Below are positions 1 to 11,351 of a DNA stretch of 44,384 nt, in pieces. A model generated the notes under the pieces. It ran no database searches. It was not told where the DNA came from and was given only the letters and a program-made list of their open reading frames with translations. Location of the stretch: NCBI GenBank assembly GCA_044433405.1, contig JAWXTQ010000001.1:1-44384 (forward strand), given 5' to 3'. Position 1 is the first letter of the stretch, and the number at the start of each line of letters is the position of its first letter. This stretch comes from Rikenellaceae bacterium (GTDB lineage Bacteria > Bacteroidota > Bacteroidia > Bacteroidales > Rikenellaceae). A program made the translations under genes and the position numbers.

Positions 1-1060
1 ACAATTGGCACCACACCTCTCCCTGTGTTGACTGCACTAGTATCGACCCAACAATAGGCCCAGTACATGAGAACGAAACAAGAACTAATGTTAATGCCAT
101 AAAGAAAGTTCCAATAAAACCACCTTTATCCGACTTTTCGTCGCTCTTGTTGACCAACCACGATGGTAAGACAATCTCGAATGCTCCAAAAAATGAGATA
201 GCAAACACCATAAACACCAAAAAGAACAAAATATTTGGCAACCAATGGGTAGAAAGCCAGTTGAATATATCAGCCGTAACAGCATCGCCTCCAAGCAGGT
301 AGGTGATTAATATAATCGCTGCAATAGGCAGTGTGTAAAGAGCTATAATCGACAGACCATACATAGAAGCTAATGCTCTACCTTTGGTTTTAGACTCGCT
401 ACTTTTCATAAAAAACGAAACAGTCATAGGCACCATAGGAAAAACACAAGGCGTTAAAAGTGCTGCAAATCCCCAAATTATCGCCTCAATAATCACCGAC
501 CAAAGCGACTTTTGCGGCACGTTGGCAACCTCAAAAGAGTCACTTGCGGCTGAAACTACTTTGGTGCTTGTAGATGCCTCCTTAGTGTCTGCCTCCACTG
601 CTGCCGACGCTTCGCCCAGCTTAAATGTGAAATCAAAATCGTCTGGTGCAATACAAGACTCATTATTACACGATTGCCACATTACGGATGCCTCTACCTG
701 GCCTTCTCCACTAACATTTACAATCTGCTCGAAAACAGCCTTCTTGTAGAGTTTGTCAATATCCATTGCGAACATCTCATCATAGATTGTTTTCACCTCT
801 GACACAGTAGATAAAGAGCCCTCTAGTGTGATATTATCTGGAAGTGTGATTTGAATTTGTGTTCCCATAGGACCATCTTCATAATCTTTATTTCCATATA
901 TATACCAACCCTCATCAATATCGGCTATAAATATAAGCTTATATTGATTTTCTGCTATTTTTTCGCTCTTCGAACTCCACTGCACAGGCTCAACAATTTG
1001 AGCAACAACGGAAGTAGTTAGCAAAAGTAAAACAATCGTAAGATAATGTTTGAATCTCAT
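1..1060 (-). CDS. dsbD: DsbD/CcdA-family thiol:disulfide interchange membrane protein, N-terminal ~353 codons (3' end beyond window edge)
   Basis: Absent from the ORF track because there is no stop in the window. My translation from ATG 1060..1058 gives MRFKHYLTIVLLLLTTSVVAQ (signal peptide), a soluble Cys-containing domain (WQSCNNESC), then TM segments with the hallmark motifs LTPCVFPMVP and SFSCTGPIVG. The frame stays open to position 1. Confidence 0.75.
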   Translation of the reverse strand, partial: MRFKHYLTIVLLLLTTSVVAQIVEPVQWSSKSEKIAENQYKLIFIADIDEGWYIYGNKDYEDGPMGTQIQITLPDNITLEGSLSTVSEVKTIYDEMFAMDIDKLYKKAVFEQIVNVSGEGQVEASVMWQSCNNESCIAPDDFDFTFKLGEASAAVEADTKEASTSTKVVSAASDSFEVANVPQKSLWSVIIEAIIWGFAALLTPCVFPMVPMTVSFFMKSSESKTKGRALASMYGLSIIALYTLPIAAIILITYLLGGDAVTADIFNWLSTHWLPNILFFLVFMVFAISFFGAFEIVLPSWLVNKSDEKSDKGGFIGTFFMALTLVLVSFSCTGPIVGSILVQSTQGEVWCQL

Positions 1061-1082
1061 AATTTTTGTTATTGTTTGTGTG

Positions 1083-2546
1083 TTAATCTTTTAATTCCCA
1101 GTCAAAACCATCTTTTCGGTCTTTCACCACAACACCTACATCCGAAAGTCTATCTCTAATTTTATCTGATATCTCCCATTGTTTGGCCTCTTTAGCCTCC
1201 TGACGAATAGATAGTATCATATTCACCACACCATCTAGCACATCTTTGTTATCGCTAGATTGCGCTACATCTAATCCCAACAAGTCTATCAATATAAAGC
1301 TCATATCGCTCTGTAATTTTGTTAAATCGGCAGCCGAGATATTCTCTTTTTTGTCATATATTTGATTAATCACCCTAACTGCATCAAAAAGATGAGATAT
1401 AGCAATTGGTGTATTCAAATCATCACATATAGCCTCTAGTACTTTTTCGCGTAACGATGATAGATCCACAGTAGATTTGTCACTAGGAGTTATCTTAGAC
1501 AGAGTTTCAAACGCTTTAACCATACGTTCAAAACCCTTAGATGCAGCAGTTAACGCCTCGTTAGAAAAGTCTAGAGTGCTTCGATAAGATGCTTGAAGCA
1601 CAAAGAAACGGATAGTCATTGCCGAATAAGCACTCTCTAAAAGAGGGTGTGAACCTCCAAACAACTGTTCAAGAGTTATAAAATTACCTAACGACTTACC
1701 CATCTTTTGACCATTAATGGTAATCATGTTGTTATGCACCCAATAGCGTGCTCCTTTATCGCAATGTGCAACAGTGCTTTGAGCAATCTCACACTCGTGG
1801 TGAGGGAAAAGTAGATCCATTCCACCTCCGTGGATATCAAAACTTTTACCAAGGTATTTTGTACTCATAGCTGAACACTCCATATGCCAACCAGGAAAAC
1901 CCACACTCCAAGGTGAGTTCCAACGCATAATATGTTGTGCTGAAGCCTTTTTCCATAGAGCAAAATCAAAAGGCGAATGCTTGTCGCTCTGACCATCAAG
2001 TGTTCGTGTTGCAGCATTCATATCTTCCAACACCCTGCCTGACAAGACTCCATATTTAAACTCTTTGTCGTACTTCTCAACATCAAAATAGATAGAGCCA
2101 TTGCTCTCATAAGCAAAACCTTTGTCTATGATAGTTCCAATCATCTCAATCTGCTCCATCATGTGGCCTGAAGCCTGTGGCTCAATCGAAGGGGGAAGAA
2201 CATTTAACATCTTCATTGCATCTCTATAGCGATTTGTGTAGTAGGTTGCAACCTCCATTGGCTCAACCTGATCTAGGCGCGCCTTTTTGGCAATTTTATC
2301 CTCACCCTCGTCAGCATCATTTTCAAGATGGCCAACATCGGTTATGTTTCTCACATATCGCACTTTATAATCGAGAGCTTTTAGCACCCTAAAAAGCGTA
2401 TCAAAAGTAATAGCTGGCCTAGCATGACCTAAATGTGGATCACCATACACTGTTGGACCACACACATACATTCCCACAAAAGGAGGGGTTATTGGTTTAA
2501 AAAGCTCCTTTTTTCTACTTAAAGTATTATAAAGATATAGTTCCAT
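1083..2546 (-). CDS. cysS: cysteine--tRNA ligase
   Basis: 487 aa. Class I aaRS HIGH motif (PHLGHARP) and KMSKS motif (KMGKSLGN), with the overall CysRS layout. Confidence 0.95.
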   Translation of the reverse strand: MELYLYNTLSRKKELFKPITPPFVGMYVCGPTVYGDPHLGHARPAITFDTLFRVLKALDYKVRYVRNITDVGHLENDADEGEDKIAKKARLDQVEPMEVATYYTNRYRDAMKMLNVLPPSIEPQASGHMMEQIEMIGTIIDKGFAYESNGSIYFDVEKYDKEFKYGVLSGRVLEDMNAATRTLDGQSDKHSPFDFALWKKASAQHIMRWNSPWSVGFPGWHMECSAMSTKYLGKSFDIHGGGMDLLFPHHECEIAQSTVAHCDKGARYWVHNNMITINGQKMGKSLGNFITLEQLFGGSHPLLESAYSAMTIRFFVLQASYRSTLDFSNEALTAASKGFERMVKAFETLSKITPSDKSTVDLSSLREKVLEAICDDLNTPIAISHLFDAVRVINQIYDKKENISAADLTKLQSDMSFILIDLLGLDVAQSSDNKDVLDGVVNMILSIRQEAKEAKQWEISDKIRDRLSDVGVVVKDRKDGFDWELKD

Positions 2547-2574
2547 TTTTGTTTTTTGTTGTTACAATAAACTA

Positions 2575-2582
2575 CAAAGGTA
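2575..2582 (-). promoter_or_regulatory. candidate Bacteroidetes -7 box (TACCTTTG on minus strand) for cysS
   Basis: Matches TAnnTTTG about 30 nt upstream of the cysS ATG. The nearest TTTG (-33) is spaced shorter than the usual 19-21 nt. Confidence 0.35.
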
Positions 2583-2709
2583 ACTATTTATTTTGAACAA
2601 AACACGAAATACAATTTTTTATAATCCTCAGAACCCTCTCTAAACAATCTAAGAGAGATTATATTTGTTTTTTTATTGAACTTTGTAGCTAACTTATTAT
2701 TTTTTTGAT

Positions 2710-2717
2710 TATTTTTG
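2710..2717 (+). promoter_or_regulatory. candidate -7 box (TATTTTTG) for the 2761 lipoprotein gene
   Basis: TAnnTTTG match 44 nt upstream of the ATG. A TTTG lies at 2682-2685, slightly long spacing. Confidence 0.4.
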
Positions 2718-2760
2718 CAAAGTTAACCTATTTACAAACGCTAAAAAACATATAAAATTC

Positions 2761-3558
2761 ATGAATATACATCACAAATTCATTTTGTTGTTAATATCAA
2801 CATTTATTGTCTCTTGCAACAACGAAAATAGCGGTGAATACTCGATATACACGCTACTGACTGAAATTGAAACCACCAATTATGAAAGCAACGAAATTTC
2901 GATTTACGAGCTAAGCTATTGTGGATACAACGAGAATGGGGAAAAAGTTCCTATCGTAATTGGCGAAACAAACGACTACGGAGAGCCTATTTTATCGAAG
3001 ATTAACGCAATAAATGGCTCATTTAGCTCTGTAGAATACACATACATCAATAGCAAAAGCTATCTAGACATATCAATAGTAGGAAACAAGGGCAGCAATA
3101 TTGAGGAGAGCTACAAACTTAGCAGAACATATATGGCTGAATACGAACTTGTTGGTGACGATTATGAGATAATGGCAGATATTAGATATAATGATGGCGG
3201 TTATCGTACTGAGTGGTATGGATACGAACTTAGCCCAAATGATGGGATCTACAATAGTGCTGAATATGGTGAGCTAATTTCAGTAAACTATCACTACTCA
3301 TTAAAATACAACACTTTGCAATTTCAACAAACAGGTATCATAGGTGCTCCATTCTACCAAAATATCACTGGTAATTTTGGCAAACAGAGCCAATATTTAC
3401 TTTCCTATTTTGAGCTAACAGAGAATGGCACTACCACAACATACGCCTTTGAGTATGAGACTGACTATTTTGGCAACATAACTCAAGAGAAGATTACACG
3501 TGACGGAGAAAACTATATTCGAAACATATATAGCTACTCTTCAACATTAGCACAATAA
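2761..3558 (+). CDS. hypothetical lipoprotein
   Basis: 265 aa. N-terminal signal with lipobox ([10 protein letters not shown]). Asn/Tyr/Glu-rich mature part with no recognisable catalytic motif. Confidence 0.8.
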   Translation: MNIHHKFILLLISTFIVSCNNENSGEYSIYTLLTEIETTNYESNEISIYELSYCGYNENGEKVPIVIGETNDYGEPILSKINAINGSFSSVEYTYINSKSYLDISIVGNKGSNIEESYKLSRTYMAEYELVGDDYEIMADIRYNDGGYRTEWYGYELSPNDGIYNSAEYGELISVNYHYSLKYNTLQFQQTGIIGAPFYQNITGNFGKQSQYLLSYFELTENGTTTTYAFEYETDYFGNITQEKITRDGENYIRNIYSYSSTLAQ

Positions 3559-3577
3559 TAAAATCAACAATAGAATA

Positions 3578-4624
3578 ATGCAATTTACAGCAGAGATTAT
3601 CGCTTCGTTTTTAGAGGGCGAAGTTGTCGGAGATAAAAACGCAACTGTTACTACAGTGGCTAAAATAGAAGAGGGAACAGCTGACACGCTCTCTTTCTTA
3701 TCGAATCCTAAATATGAGCACTTTATTTATACTACACAATCATCAATAGTGATTGTAAAGAGTGATTTTGCCCCAACTGCACAGATCAGCGCAACTCTTA
3801 TAAAGGTAGAAGATCCATACGCATCATTTGCCAAACTTCTTGAACTATACGCTGCATCTAAACCACAAAAAGAGGGAGTAAGCTACCATTGTGTTGTTGC
3901 TGAAGGGGTAGTATTACCAGACGATATATACATTGGTGAATACGCCTCAATTGGCACAGGGGTGTTGTTGGGTGAGAATGTAAAAATTTACCCTCATGTG
4001 GTTATTGGTGACAAGGTGGTTATTGGTGATAACACAACTATATTTCCGCACGTTACAATATACGAAGAGTGTAAAATTGGCAATAGAACAACAATACATA
4101 GTGGCACGGTGATTGGCTCTGACGGCTTTGGATTTGCTCCTGAGGGCGACAAATACAATAAAATCCCTCAAATAGGCAATGTTATAATCGAAGATGATGT
4201 AGAGATAGGCTCAAACTGTTCAATTGATAGAGCAACTATGGGTTCTACTATTATCAAGAAAGGAACAAAGCTTGACAATCTAATTCAAGTCGCACACAAT
4301 GTAGTTATTGGAGAGAATTGCGTTGCAGCATCTCAAGTGGGCATTGCTGGTTCAACAACTATAGGTCACAACTCAATTTTTGGAGGGCAAGTTGGTATCA
4401 GCGGGCATCTAAAGATTGCTCCACGCACAACAATCTCATCTCAGTCAGGAATATCAAACAGTGTTAAGAACGATGGTTCTATATTGATGGGAACTCCTGC
4501 CTTTGATGCGGGCAAATATCGAAGATCAGCTGCAATATTCAAATCCCTACCTACTCTATCTCAAAAAGTATACGCGTTAGAGAAAGAGCTACAGGAGTTA
4601 AAAGAGCTCCTAAACAGGCAATAA
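3578..4624 (+). CDS. lpxD: UDP-3-O-acylglucosamine N-acyltransferase
   Basis: 348 aa. Long run of left-handed beta-helix hexapeptide repeats ([LIV]-G-x-x-x-x), with the LpxD-type N-terminal domain and C-terminal helix. Confidence 0.9.
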   Translation: MQFTAEIIASFLEGEVVGDKNATVTTVAKIEEGTADTLSFLSNPKYEHFIYTTQSSIVIVKSDFAPTAQISATLIKVEDPYASFAKLLELYAASKPQKEGVSYHCVVAEGVVLPDDIYIGEYASIGTGVLLGENVKIYPHVVIGDKVVIGDNTTIFPHVTIYEECKIGNRTTIHSGTVIGSDGFGFAPEGDKYNKIPQIGNVIIEDDVEIGSNCSIDRATMGSTIIKKGTKLDNLIQVAHNVVIGENCVAASQVGIAGSTTIGHNSIFGGQVGISGHLKIAPRTTISSQSGISNSVKNDGSILMGTPAFDAGKYRRSAAIFKSLPTLSQKVYALEKELQELKELLNRQ

Positions 4625-4634
4625 TACCCAATAA

Positions 4635-5180
4635 ATGAGAATAGTAGGCATAGACCCTGGCACTAACAAAATGGGGTACGGAGTAATCGAAACCTCTGGT
4701 AATAAGGCAGAGGTTGTAGCGATAGGGTATATAGATTTAACAAAATTTAGCGATCCATACGCCAAATTGGCTCACATATTCAAACGTGTTAGTGGCATCA
4801 TTGAGGAGTATTCACCTGAAGAGATGGCACTAGAAGCTCCATTCTACGACAAGAACGTCCAAAGCATGCTAAAACTAGGGCGCGCACAAGGCGTAGCAAT
4901 GGCAGCTGCACTCAACAAGAACGTAGATGTGTTTGAATATGCTCCACGAAAGATAAAGATCGCAATTACTGGCAATGGAGCAGCCTCAAAAGAGCAAGTA
5001 GCAACTATGCTACAAAAGATTTTAAAGATAAAAGAGATGCCAAAAAACCTAGATGCAAGTGATGGTTTAGCAGTAGCCCTCTGTCACCACTACCGTCGCA
5101 ACAACCCATTAGCAAGTGCCGAAAGCAACTCATGGGCCGACTTTATCTCTAAAAATCCCAATAAAATCATCAAAAGATAG
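4635..5180 (+). CDS. ruvC: crossover junction endodeoxyribonuclease RuvC
   Basis: 181 aa. MRIVGIDPG...GYGVIE start, EAPF and DASDGLAVALCH motifs typical of RuvC. Confidence 0.9.
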   Translation: MRIVGIDPGTNKMGYGVIETSGNKAEVVAIGYIDLTKFSDPYAKLAHIFKRVSGIIEEYSPEEMALEAPFYDKNVQSMLKLGRAQGVAMAAALNKNVDVFEYAPRKIKIAITGNGAASKEQVATMLQKILKIKEMPKNLDASDGLAVALCHHYRRNNPLASAESNSWADFISKNPNKIIKR

Positions 5181-5201
5181 TATGCAAAGCCACCCTATTA
5201 A

Positions 5202-5233
5202 TTTGGAAAAACAAATTATTTTACATACTTTTG
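5202..5233 (+). promoter_or_regulatory. Bacteroidetes-type promoter for tRNA-Leu (-33 TTTG 5202-5205; -7 TACTTTTG 5226-5233)
   Basis: Both boxes are present with 20-nt spacing. The -7 box ends 13 nt before the mature tRNA 5' end. Confidence 0.65.
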
Positions 5234-5246
5234 CACTACGTTAATC

Positions 5247-5330
5247 GCCCAGGTGGTGAAATTGGTAGACACGCTACCTTGAGGGGGTAGTGCTGGTTCC
5301 AGCGTGCAAGTTCGAGTCTTGTTCTGGGCA
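5247..5330 (+). tRNA. tRNA-Leu (anticodon GAG), long variable arm
   Basis: Hand-folded cloverleaf: acceptor GCCCAGG/TCTGGGC, anticodon stem CTACC/GGTAG with loop TTGAGGG, long variable arm TGCTGGTTCCAGCGTG, T-loop TTCGAGT. No encoded CCA. Confidence 0.9.
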
Positions 5331-5335
5331 CTACA

Positions 5336-5372
5336 ATAGCATTTTAGATTTTATATCTAGGATGCTATTTTG
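5336..5372 (+). terminator. intrinsic terminator after tRNA-Leu
   Basis: Extended hairpin (ATAGCAT..TAGAT / ATCTA..ATGCTAT) followed by TTTT. Confidence 0.6.
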
Positions 5373-5508
5373 CTTTTGGGGCGGCTTAGGGAGTTCTAGG
5401 ATGGTTTAGAGCGGCTTCGAGGTTTTAACAGTGACAGGTTTTACAGGGTCTTTCAACTACATCTTTTTACTAGTTTTACACTGCCAATATAATACATTAT
5501 TTTGACTT

Positions 5509-5583
5509 AACTGCACTAATTTCGATTTTTTACACATCTAAACTGCACTAAATTGCATTTTTTGACTTTACAAACTGCACTAA
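5509..5583. repeat. three copies of AACTGCACTAA at an exact 32-bp period (degenerate 32-bp tandem repeat)
   Basis: Copies at 5509-5519, 5541-5551 and 5573-5583. Units 1 and 2 also share TT..ATTTTTT after the core. Confidence 0.8.
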
Positions 5584-5626
5584 AACGGGATTCTTAGCGA
5601 GAATCATTATTCCTATGCTCGACTAT

Positions 5627-5677
5627 CGCGAAGCTATACATCACCTACAGGAGAATCCCCAGCGAACGCAAGTGAGC
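5627..5677 (+). repeat. dispersed ~52-nt intergenic repeat, copy 1 (CGCGAAGC...CCTACAGGAGAATCCCCAGCGAACGCAAGTGAGC)
   Basis: Aligns in the same orientation with 26618-26669. The 34-nt core differs at 2 positions. Here it is followed directly by T7. Confidence 0.8.
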
Positions 5678-5745
5678 TTTTTTTCTAAACAAAGCCGCCA
5701 GGTACTCCAGCGGCTTTCTCTGATTAATTTATCGACCTCCTGTCG

Positions 5746-7881
5746 CTAGTCAGCTAACAATATCTCCATGATCTTGTTTGCAGCAGTGGTGACTGATGTA
5801 CCAGGACCAAAAATTGCCGCTGCACCTGATTGGTATAGGTAGTCGTAGTCTTGTGCTGGGATTACACCACCAACTATAACTACTATATCCTCACGGCCTA
5901 ATTTTTTAAGCTCGCCAACAATCTGAGGCACTAAGGTTTTGTGACCTGCCGCTAGAGATGAGACACCCACTACGTGAACATCATTCTCAACAGCTTGTTT
6001 TGCAGCCTCTTCTGGAGTTTGGAATAGTGGTCCCATATCTACATCGAAACCTATGTCGGCATAGCCTGTAGCTACTACTTTAGCTCCACGGTCGTGACCA
6101 TCTTGACCCAATTTTGCAATCATGATACGAGGTTGACGACCCTCTTTTTTAGCAAACTCTTCACATTGAGTTTGTGCTTTTTGGAAATCTGAATTATCTT
6201 TCACAACTGACGAATATACTCCTGAAATTGAACGAATAACCGCTTTGTAGCGACCTACGATACACTCACATGCATCTGATATCTCACCTAATGAAGCGCG
6301 TAATTTTGCTGCCTCAACAGCTAACTCTAAAAGGTTGCCTCCGCCACCTTCGACGCACTTAGTGATAGCCTCTAGAGCTGCTTTAACCTTAGCCTCATCA
6401 CGATTTGCACGAAGCTCATTTAGGCGTTCGATTTGTGATATACGCACTGCGGTGTTGTCAACATCAAGAATATCAATTGGATCTTCTTTCTCTAAACGAT
6501 ATTTGTTTAGACCAACAATAACGTCGATATTTGAGTCGATACGAGCCTGTTTACGTGCAGCAGCCTCTTCGATACGCATTTTTGGAATACCAGTTTCGAT
6601 AGCTTTAGCCATACCGCCAAGCTCCTCTACCTCTTCGATTAGTTTCCACGCTTTTTGCGCAATCTCTTGAGTCAAACTCTCAACATAGTATGAACCTGCC
6701 CAAGGGTCAACAGCACGACAGATGTTAGTCTCCTCTTGTAGGTATATTTGAGTGTTACGTGCAATACGAGCAGAGAAATCGGTTGGAAGAGCAATCGCCT
6801 CATCAAGTGCATTTGTGTGAAGTGATTGAGTGTGACCAAGTGCTGATGCCATTGCCTCAATAGCTGTACGAGCTACATTGTTAAATGGATCTTGCTCAGT
6901 TAACGACCATCCTGATGTTTGGCTATGAGTACGTAACGCTAGAGATTTTTTGTTTTTAGGCTCAAATTTGTTAACTATCTTAGCCCAAAGCAGACGAGCA
7001 GCGCGCATCTTAGCAATCTCCATAAAGTGATTAGTGCCAATTGCCCAGAAGAACGATAGACGTGGTGCAAAAGCATCAATACTCATACCAGCGTTTACTC
7101 CAGTACGAAGATACTCTAAACCGTCAGCCAATGTGTAGGCTAACTCGATATCAGCTGTAGCACCTGCCTCCTGCATGTGATAACCTGAAATTGATATAGA
7201 GTTAAACTTAGGCATATTCTTAGAGGTGTACTCAAAGATATCTGCAATTATTTTCATTGAGAATTTAGGTGGGTATATATATGTATTACGCACCATAAAC
7301 TCTTTAAGGATGTCGTTTTGGATAGTTCCGCTAAGTTGATCTAAAGTGCAACCTTGCTCTAAACCTGCAACGATATAGAATGCAAGCACTGGAAGTACAG
7401 CACCATTCATTGTCATCGAAACCGACATTTTGTCAAGAGGAATACCATTGAAAAGAACCTTCATATCCTCTACCGAGCAGATAGAAACCCCTGCCTTACC
7501 AACATCACCAACCACACGTGGGTGGTCAGCATCGTAACCACGGTGAGTTGCAAGGTCAAAAGCTACCGACAAACCTTTCTGCCCAGAGGCAAGGTTACGG
7601 CGATAGAACGCATTCGACTCTTCAGCGGTAGAAAAACCTGCATATTGACGAATAGTCCAAGGGCGCATAACATACATTGTACTGTAAGGACCACGCAGAT
7701 ATGGCGCAATACCAGCAGCATAATTTAGGTGCTCCATCCCTTCAAGATCACTCTCGCTATACTCTCCTTTAACTTCGATTTGCTCAGCGGTCAACCAAGG
7801 TTGAACAGTAGAGCCTTCGCTATTTTTTGTGCAACACTCTCTTGTTGCATTTACATTTATATCTGAAAAATTTGCTCTCAT
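5746..7881 (-). CDS. mutB: methylmalonyl-CoA mutase large (catalytic, B12-binding) subunit
   Basis: 711 aa. Mutase TIM-barrel domain plus a C-terminal cobalamin-binding domain with the DxHxxG motif ([11 protein letters not shown]). Confidence 0.93.
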   Translation of the reverse strand: MRANFSDINVNATRECCTKNSEGSTVQPWLTAEQIEVKGEYSESDLEGMEHLNYAAGIAPYLRGPYSTMYVMRPWTIRQYAGFSTAEESNAFYRRNLASGQKGLSVAFDLATHRGYDADHPRVVGDVGKAGVSICSVEDMKVLFNGIPLDKMSVSMTMNGAVLPVLAFYIVAGLEQGCTLDQLSGTIQNDILKEFMVRNTYIYPPKFSMKIIADIFEYTSKNMPKFNSISISGYHMQEAGATADIELAYTLADGLEYLRTGVNAGMSIDAFAPRLSFFWAIGTNHFMEIAKMRAARLLWAKIVNKFEPKNKKSLALRTHSQTSGWSLTEQDPFNNVARTAIEAMASALGHTQSLHTNALDEAIALPTDFSARIARNTQIYLQEETNICRAVDPWAGSYYVESLTQEIAQKAWKLIEEVEELGGMAKAIETGIPKMRIEEAAARKQARIDSNIDVIVGLNKYRLEKEDPIDILDVDNTAVRISQIERLNELRANRDEAKVKAALEAITKCVEGGGGNLLELAVEAAKLRASLGEISDACECIVGRYKAVIRSISGVYSSVVKDNSDFQKAQTQCEEFAKKEGRQPRIMIAKLGQDGHDRGAKVVATGYADIGFDVDMGPLFQTPEEAAKQAVENDVHVVGVSSLAAGHKTLVPQIVGELKKLGREDIVVIVGGVIPAQDYDYLYQSGAAAIFGPGTSVTTAANKIMEILLAD

Positions 7882-7893
7882 TGTAATAAGTTT

Positions 7894-9753
7894 TTAGATG
7901 CCTAATTCATTAACGTAACCTTTAAGTGTCTCTAACACGTTAGATTTCACACTAATGAAGTTGTTTATGCCTTTTTCTTGCAACTCAGCTTTGCAACTAG
8001 GCTCGCCTGCTACAACAAATATAGCTTTATCTTTTAACATTTCATACGCTTGTGGTGCTAGGGTTGTATACTCATCGTCAGACGAACAGATAACCACAAT
8101 ATCAGCATTTGCTTTAATTGCAGCCTCAACACCCTGCTCTACAGAGTCAAAATGCACATTATCCATAGGCTCTATACCTGCACAACCAAAGAAGTTAGAT
8201 GCAAACTGAGCGCGCGCACGACAGAAAGCCAAACTTCCAAGAGTCAACATAAACGCTTTTACGCTCTTACCGCTACGATCAACTCTCAAACGAAGCTGTT
8301 CGAATGGCATTCCCACGCGATAAGGCTTGATAGTCTCTAGAGTTGCCTGCTTAGCACAACAGCACGAAGTGCACTCCTTAGGTTTAATGCTATCCTCAGT
8401 GATTGCATCTTCAGCTTTTTCAGTGAAGTTAGGATATTGATTTGTTCCAAGTAGAATCTCTCTACGAGTTGCAATATTAAGATCACGTTTTGCAGCCGAC
8501 TCAGCAATTTTAGATTGAATAATTCCTTGTTTAGAAGCCTCAATATAACCTCCAACCTCTTCAATCTCTTTAAATAGAGCCCAAGCAGCATCTGCAATTG
8601 ATTGAGTTAATGTTTCGATATAATATGAACCACCAGCCGCATCAGTTACTTGCTCAAAATGAGACTCATCTTTAAGTAGAAGTTGAGTATTACGCGCAAT
8701 ACGTGATGAGAACTCGGAACTTGCGGTATAAGCTGCATCAAAAGGAAGAACCTCTATTGATGAAACACCTGCAATTGCAGCACTCATAGCCTCAGTAGTT
8801 CCACGAAGCATATTCACATAAGGGTCATAAACACTCATGTTAAATTTCGAGGTTATGGCATGAACTTTCATCTTTGTAGCACAAGGCTTATCAGGATTAT
8901 AACCACCTACGATATTAGCCCAAAGCATACGTGCAGCTCTGAATTTTGCAATCTCCATAAAGTAGTTTGCTCCAACTGCCATATTAAATTTGATGTTACG
9001 TGCAGCTCTAACTACAGGAACACCTGCCTCGATAAAGGTTACTAAATATTCATGAGCAGCCGAGAGAGCAAATGCCAACTCTTGAACAATTGTTGCTCCT
9101 GCTGAATTGAACACTTGACCATTTACGGTTGTAAAACGAATACGACGATACTTGTCAGCTCTCTCAATTAGAGCGACAATTTTATCCAATTTCAACCCCT
9201 CTTCGATATTAAGTCGACCTTTAACAGAGATTTTATTTATTATTTTGTCAATATTGAACGAAACATTTACATCCTCAGAAGTGAGAGCTGTTTTTTCGAT
9301 TTTGTCAAGAAATATTTGTGCCGTTCTTTCAACCTTGCACCCCTCGAAGTTAAGCTCTACAGCTGATATAACCACACCCTCTAATAGCGTGTCCATATCC
9401 TCCTCAGAGAAATCCTTGTTTGAAATCACAAAACAAAGCGACTCAACACCTCTAGAGAGAATATCTAAAGCTTTGGTATTTGCCTCTTTAGGATTGTTAA
9501 CGACAATTGTTTGACGCACTAACCAATTGTTGTCATTTTTGACGCCACGCACATAAGGAAATTCTCCAGGTTTGCTGCCTAGATGGCGTACATTTGTCAA
9601 ATCCTCTGCCCTATAGTAGGGACGTACCGAAAAGCCTTCGATAGTTCTCCATACGAGTTTCTTGTTGTAATCTGCACCTTTTAGGTCGGTGTTTATCACC
9701 TCTTCCCATTTAGATGTCTCAACAGGTGGAAACTCAGCAAATAATTTTGCCAT
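7894..9753 (-). CDS. mutA: methylmalonyl-CoA mutase small subunit
   Basis: 619 aa. Paralogous mutase fold ([25 protein letters not shown]) lacking the His-containing B12 motif. Lies immediately upstream of mutB (12-nt gap). Confidence 0.88.
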   Translation of the reverse strand: MAKLFAEFPPVETSKWEEVINTDLKGADYNKKLVWRTIEGFSVRPYYRAEDLTNVRHLGSKPGEFPYVRGVKNDNNWLVRQTIVVNNPKEANTKALDILSRGVESLCFVISNKDFSEEDMDTLLEGVVISAVELNFEGCKVERTAQIFLDKIEKTALTSEDVNVSFNIDKIINKISVKGRLNIEEGLKLDKIVALIERADKYRRIRFTTVNGQVFNSAGATIVQELAFALSAAHEYLVTFIEAGVPVVRAARNIKFNMAVGANYFMEIAKFRAARMLWANIVGGYNPDKPCATKMKVHAITSKFNMSVYDPYVNMLRGTTEAMSAAIAGVSSIEVLPFDAAYTASSEFSSRIARNTQLLLKDESHFEQVTDAAGGSYYIETLTQSIADAAWALFKEIEEVGGYIEASKQGIIQSKIAESAAKRDLNIATRREILLGTNQYPNFTEKAEDAITEDSIKPKECTSCCCAKQATLETIKPYRVGMPFEQLRLRVDRSGKSVKAFMLTLGSLAFCRARAQFASNFFGCAGIEPMDNVHFDSVEQGVEAAIKANADIVVICSSDDEYTTLAPQAYEMLKDKAIFVVAGEPSCKAELQEKGINNFISVKSNVLETLKGYVNELGI

Positions 9754-9863
9754 AATCTAAAAATTTAAGTTTATATTTCTATGTTGTTATTTTACTGCAA
9801 ACTTGCACAATGCAAATGTATAAAAAGTTTTTGTAATAATGATAAGAATTTACATAAAATAGA

Positions 9864-11291
9864 CTATTTTTTGCTTTTTTCTTTTAATTTTTCATATAAT
9901 GATGCAACTAATTGCTCTGCAATCACCCTTGCACCCTTATTATTTATGTGAGTGTAATCTTTCGCTGCCCAACCACGTTCAACAAATCCTTTAATCCCTC
10001 CATAATTCTGCATCGCATCATAGGTGCTCCAAAAAAGCACTCCACAACGCTCTGCTATTTGGCGTTGGTGTCTCTCCATCGCTTCAATTTCACTCATAGG
10101 TTGGTAGACACCGTTTTGTTTTATCATCCTATCACTCACACCCATCACTAGGAGTGTGGCGTTGGGATAATACTCTCTTAAATCATCTACTATTTTAACC
10201 ATTCGATTCTCGTAAGCTGTATAGTTTTGCTGCCCTGCATACATTACATTCAAGCCATACTGCACCACAATCAAGGAGTATCCGCCACTAAGGGTATCAA
10301 ACATCATGCATTGCTCTTTGGATAACTTGGTCAGCTGCATCCCTGAACTACCTCTATCAGAAAAGTTGTCGACATAGATGCCGCTACCACCCTCAAAACT
10401 CACACCATAAGAGTAAAAATCCTTTTGAGAAGGGATTGTAATCTTAACCCTCTCAATATAACAGCTATCAAGCGATAGTTCTACACTCTGCATCAAAGTG
10501 CTAGCCTCAGTGGTGAGGCTTCTAGAAATAGAGTCGTTTATCAAGAGCTCTATTTTGCTCGCTCTTTCACTTATAAAGAAGTAGCGCAAACTAGTCACCT
10601 TGTCTAGATTGTTGCGCGAATGGGTAATCTCATACTCCATTTGAGCATTGACATTTTGAGCTTTACTATAAAATGAACAGATAATAAACTTTTCGTCTAT
10701 AGCTTCACTGCTTTTTTTCTTTATGTTAAAGCTCTCCCAACCGCTATATTTGTGTTTTATAGTTCCACGGAATGAGGCAGCTACAGAGGTTGTTGGAACA
10801 AACCCTACTCCATTACCACCAAACATCTCTTGCATCATCTCCCTAACATCACAGCTTAGTATGTCGCCCTCAATAAACGAATCTCCAATAAACCCAACTC
10901 TTGAGATTGAGTTTTGAATGTTTTCGAGTGATTTTTCGAATTTCTCTATCTCGTCATTTTCGACACTGAAATCTTCAATCTCTGGCAGCTTTCCTTCTCC
11001 CTCAAAACCAGGAAACTCAAATGATTGTCGTCTCTTATGCTGCTTAAACATCAAATCGTGATTGGCAAAAATGGCCTTTACATCTACACTAGCATAGAGG
11101 TGATCCAACATTGAGCTAAAATCAATCTCTGGAGTCTCTGTCTTAACAAGCAGCGAATCCATCACCACCTTTTGGGAGCTATTTCTTTTCGAGACATTTA
11201 TTAATCGAGAGTGAATAAGCGTGGCTGACTGCAACGATAATACAAAGAGTGATAGGGCAAAAATTGAGGTAAAATGCTTTAGGCGGTTCAT
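9864..11291 (-). CDS. secreted SGNH/GDSL-family hydrolase
   Basis: 475 aa. N-terminal signal peptide, block I GDSFIEGD, and a C-terminal D-x-x-H type block (KDYTHIN). Confidence 0.75.
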   Translation of the reverse strand: MNRLKHFTSIFALSLFVLSLQSATLIHSRLINVSKRNSSQKVVMDSLLVKTETPEIDFSSMLDHLYASVDVKAIFANHDLMFKQHKRRQSFEFPGFEGEGKLPEIEDFSVENDEIEKFEKSLENIQNSISRVGFIGDSFIEGDILSCDVREMMQEMFGGNGVGFVPTTSVAASFRGTIKHKYSGWESFNIKKKSSEAIDEKFIICSFYSKAQNVNAQMEYEITHSRNNLDKVTSLRYFFISERASKIELLINDSISRSLTTEASTLMQSVELSLDSCYIERVKITIPSQKDFYSYGVSFEGGSGIYVDNFSDRGSSGMQLTKLSKEQCMMFDTLSGGYSLIVVQYGLNVMYAGQQNYTAYENRMVKIVDDLREYYPNATLLVMGVSDRMIKQNGVYQPMSEIEAMERHQRQIAERCGVLFWSTYDAMQNYGGIKGFVERGWAAKDYTHINNKGARVIAEQLVASLYEKLKEKSKK

Positions 11292-11351
11292 TTAATTCGT
11301 TAAATTGTTAAATATAAAGAGACAAAAATAGCTATTTTTTTAAAAATATTG

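Noticed and set aside
384-749. 121-aa plus-strand ORF, and the 67-aa minus-strand ORF at 91..294
   Set aside because: Both lie inside or out of frame with the DsbD-family reading frame (1..1060, minus strand). That frame carries a clear signal peptide and the CVFPMVP and SCTGP motifs. The alternatives are low-complexity with no motifs.
5509-5583. CRISPR array hypothesis for the phased repeats
   Set aside because: The identical core is only 11 bp and the period 32 bp, far shorter than a CRISPR repeat plus spacer unit. There are only three copies and no cas genes in the window.
5331-5745. Integrated mobile element at the tRNA-Leu 3' flank
   Set aside because: The flank contains no integrase or other ORF and no direct repeat of the tRNA 3' end. 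It holds only short repeats and hairpins.
6335-6670. Antisense or overlapping ORFs inside mutB and mutA (6335..6670, 6672..6860, 7522..7728, 7955..8209, 8152..8340, 8337..8597, 8860..9045, 9152..9514)
   Set aside because: They are embedded in confidently identified mutase genes. Their Ser/Arg/Leu-rich compositions are typical of non-coding frames.
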